The position numbers and the translations under genes are program-made. A stretch of 48,090 nucleotides of DNA, from assembly GCA_018398765.1 (NCBI GenBank), contig JAHBMJ010000415.1, positions 1-48,090 of the forward strand, read 5' to 3'. The DNA is from Chromera velia. Taxonomy: Eukaryota. The notes under the pieces were generated by a model. It was not told the origin of the DNA. It did not search any database and saw only the letters and a program-made list of their open reading frames with translations. This document shows positions 45,264 through 48,090 of the stretch, piece after piece; the first letter of the stretch is position 1; each line of letters starts with the position of its first letter.

Positions 45264-48090
45264 CTAGGCATGCAATTTGATTTCTTTTGCTGCCTTTGTG
45301 CTGCCCTCTCTCCCTAGCTCTCTCCCCTTCCTCGTCTTTATTGAGTCCACAGGCACCGTCATGCCGTTACGGTGCAAGCAGAACATAAAAACATCAAAGA
45401 GTGAAGGAGGGAGATAGGCGTGCTGCTGAAGAACGAACGGAGGGTCAGCTCTCTCATGTGGGTCGATCACGAGAATGAAAGCACGAGAATAACAACCGAA
45501 CGCGGCTTTTTTGTTTTTCAGTTCTCCCAGGAATGGACCAGCTCTCTCTAGCTGTCTCTTCCTGTTTTGCTGCCTCCCTTTTGCCTTTTCTGTTCTTTGT
45601 TTCTTCCTTTTTTTCTCTCTGTCTTTGTGTCCGTCTTGTTGTCGGCACAGCGGATCCTCTCTTCTTTCGTCTGCTCTTCTGTTTTTCCTTTCTGCCTGTA
45701 TCCTGTCCATCTGTCTGTATATCTATCTGCTCTTCTGTTTTTCCTGTCTGCCAGTATCTGTCGGTGCCTGTTGGTCTCTGTCTTTCTGTTTGCCTGCACG
45801 CCTGTTCTCTGTCTGTCTGCCTGTTTATTGTCTGTCTGTCTATGTACCTGTTCTCTGTCTGTCTGTTTCTCTCTGTGTGTTTTCTCTATCTGTGTCTGCG
45901 CGGTTGGCTTCCTTTTCTTTGCCTCTCTTGTTGTTTCTCGTCTGTTTTTCTGCTTATCAGAGCGTGCATCTGCCCTTCTCCTTCTCTTTCTGCCTATCTT
46001 TCTGTCCGCCTCTATGTGTGTGTCTGTTGATCTCCGTCTGTCTGTTTGCCTGCCTGTCTGCCTCTCGGTCTGTCTTTCTTCTTTCTATCAGCTCTTCTTT
46101 CTTTTTTTCCTTTGGGCACCGTCGAGCTTTTTGATTGTTCAAGCACGAGTGCGTGAATGGTTCACAGATACATAGGCGTCCGCCCTTCTGAGAGAGAGGG
46201 TAGACAGCAATTATCTCGAACGTACTGAAGTCCGCAGACAATTTCTAGGCAGAGGAGACGCCACGAGCTGAATCACTGGCAACACCAAACCCCATGCTTG
46301 ATTTGCGGATCTCAGTCAATCAAACCGTCGGGTCAGTGTCTTCTCCAAAGTCGCTGACACGGTCTATCTCATCTCGACCGTCATCTCCCTTTGAATGGAA
46401 TCCCAAGCCACTCAGGGTTACGAAGGAGCTTGCTCCACTCATACGGCGCCGCTCTGAGTCCCTCACGAGAAGGACTTCCTCTGAAGCCTTCTCCGGCAGC
46501 TCTTCTATTGCAACCGCTTCTGCGTGCAAGTGGTTCTGCATTGCTGCAGCCCCACCTTTTTCCCCGGGCACACCCACCCTTCCCACCCCCTCCTGCATCG
46601 CTGCAGCCCCACCTTTTTCCCCGGGCACACCCACCCTTCCCACCCCCTCCTGCATCGCTGCAGCCCCACCCTTCTCGCTGGCACACACGTCGCTGGGTGC
46701 CCCTTCCCCCCCCGCCCCTCCAACCTGGGCGGCATGCAGCATCCCTGCCGCTTCTTTCGACTTCTGCCCTTGTTGGGACTGCTGCCGGGGAATGACATTC
46801 TTTATGTTGAAGTGCTTCCGAATGAAAGGCGTCGCCCAGTGTGCATTCGGTCTGCTAAGTTGAATCCACCCCTTTCTGACGTAGTGCAAAATCTTATCAC
46901 GTTCGGTGATCATGAAGAGTTCTTTCTCCTGCTCGCTCATTGGCTCGTGGGAGTGATCACACCACCTCCCTCTGTTACAATCTGCAAGATCACATTATTC
47001 AGGCAGTCATTTGCCTTGCTTTTCAAAATGCCGCAGTTCGGAATACAGGACAGATTTCCCTAAGTCCGTTCAGGCGCAAGAAGAAAAGCCCTTCTGGTGG
47101 TGGGAAGAGGAATGGTGGCAGGAAAAGCTCTCTGTTGCTGACAGACCGAAAGGCGTGTTCAGGAATAGGGCGTTCTTTCGGCACATCCCCGGAAGCTCAT
47201 GTAAGTCTTGGCAGTGGAATCTTCGACACTGTCCCTCCAAGAACGCTTCACACACCCGAACCTGCAGGAATGAAGACACGAGAACGTGTACATTGAACGA
47301 TGTATTTTCAAATTGGCCCCGCCCCCGAAGTATATCGCAGATCACCTACCTTTCGCTGATGAACTCCCAGGCCATGGCGATGAGGGGGGTGCGAAGGGTA
47401 TGGACGCGGATTCAGACCCGGACAGTGAAGCCGTGGATCCCGGAAAACTGCACAACACGCAGGACAGACACGACCATGAATTTTCCCATCGTTCTTGAAA
47501 GTCACGGCCTTCAAGTCCCACGGCTAGAAATCACACGAAGCTGACCGGGATGAAATAAGGGGGCGTTGAAAAAACTAAGTGGGGGGGCTGCTGCAGCAAA
47601 GTGCCTTGGGTATTGCAGAATTGGACCTGCAATGTGCAACAGATATGCATGACGTTTCGATTCAACAGATACGGCTATACCGTCGCGAAGAACCATCCTA
47701 CTCTGACCTGCAAACGGCTGTACATCGTGCCTCAGGAGTCGGGAAAGCTCCGCAAGGTCCTCTCTCTCAGTGAACAATTTGAAGAGAAAGTCAACCTTTT
47801 TCGAAAAGCTGGAACAGCTCGAAAATCCCAAAACCCTGTTCTCATGCATCCTGTTCAAAACCGGAACCAAGGATTCCAAACCATTGGTAGCCAGAAAGTT
47901 ACAACACAATGCTTGATCCTGTCTGGCTTCTGGAAGACCGGCATCTAGGCATCCACCGCGTGCAGTCAACATTTGAAGCGTGCTGGTGACTACTTTGAGG
48001 GTGGTCCAAAGCGGGTGTCCGCTGCTTCAGAGGAGATCTCGGGAAGGGGCAGGTCGTACGGTTGAACAGGAAATTTCGGTAATTCTGACT
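45264..48090 (-). pseudogene. Degenerate gene with CCCH-type zinc fingers (5' end outside window)
   Basis: One minus frame gives CEAFLEGQCRRFHCQDLH (C-x7-C-x4-C-x3-H) and CDLADCNRGRWCDHSH running into the 46320-46940 ORF, interrupted by in-frame TGA/TAA; likely intron ~47265-47349; 3' end uncertain. Confidence 0.55.
46536..46670 (-). repeat. 57-bp coding minisatellite (~2.4 copies; EKGGAAAMQEGVGRVGVPG)
   Basis: Units start at 46536, 46593 and 46650. Confidence 0.9.

Noticed and set aside
1..48090. tRNA, rRNA or other structured RNA genes
   Set aside because: None recognisable by eye; the only tRNA-related sequence is the 12-nt PBS

Overview
Eukaryotic, intron-rich, microsatellite-rich nuclear DNA with GC-rich exons and AT-rich intergenic spacers. 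The style suggests a chromerid/alveolate such as Chromera (inference only). Left 30 kb: three multi-exon genes of unknown function (1-8.2 kb +, ~13.3-22.8 kb -, 23.5-30.1 kb +) and one intronless ORF (9662-12328, -). That ORF is two tandem modules, each an array of 18-aa CxH-x6-CxxC zinc-finger-like repeats followed by an HNH(N) endonuclease, i.e. a candidate natural single-chain, two-headed repeat-guided nuclease. Right 17 kb: a decayed zone. It holds a degenerate chromodomain Ty3/gypsy element with both LTRs and non-canonical CG...CG ends (32019-37643), a protein-kinase gene split by an 803-bp solo LTR, and a CCCH zinc-finger pseudogene. The gypsy element and CCCH gene (less clearly the kinase) show a C>T signature at CpA and CpG. 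Two copies of a small TIR-bounded MITE lie in AT-rich spacers. Exon boundaries were read by eye and are approximate.
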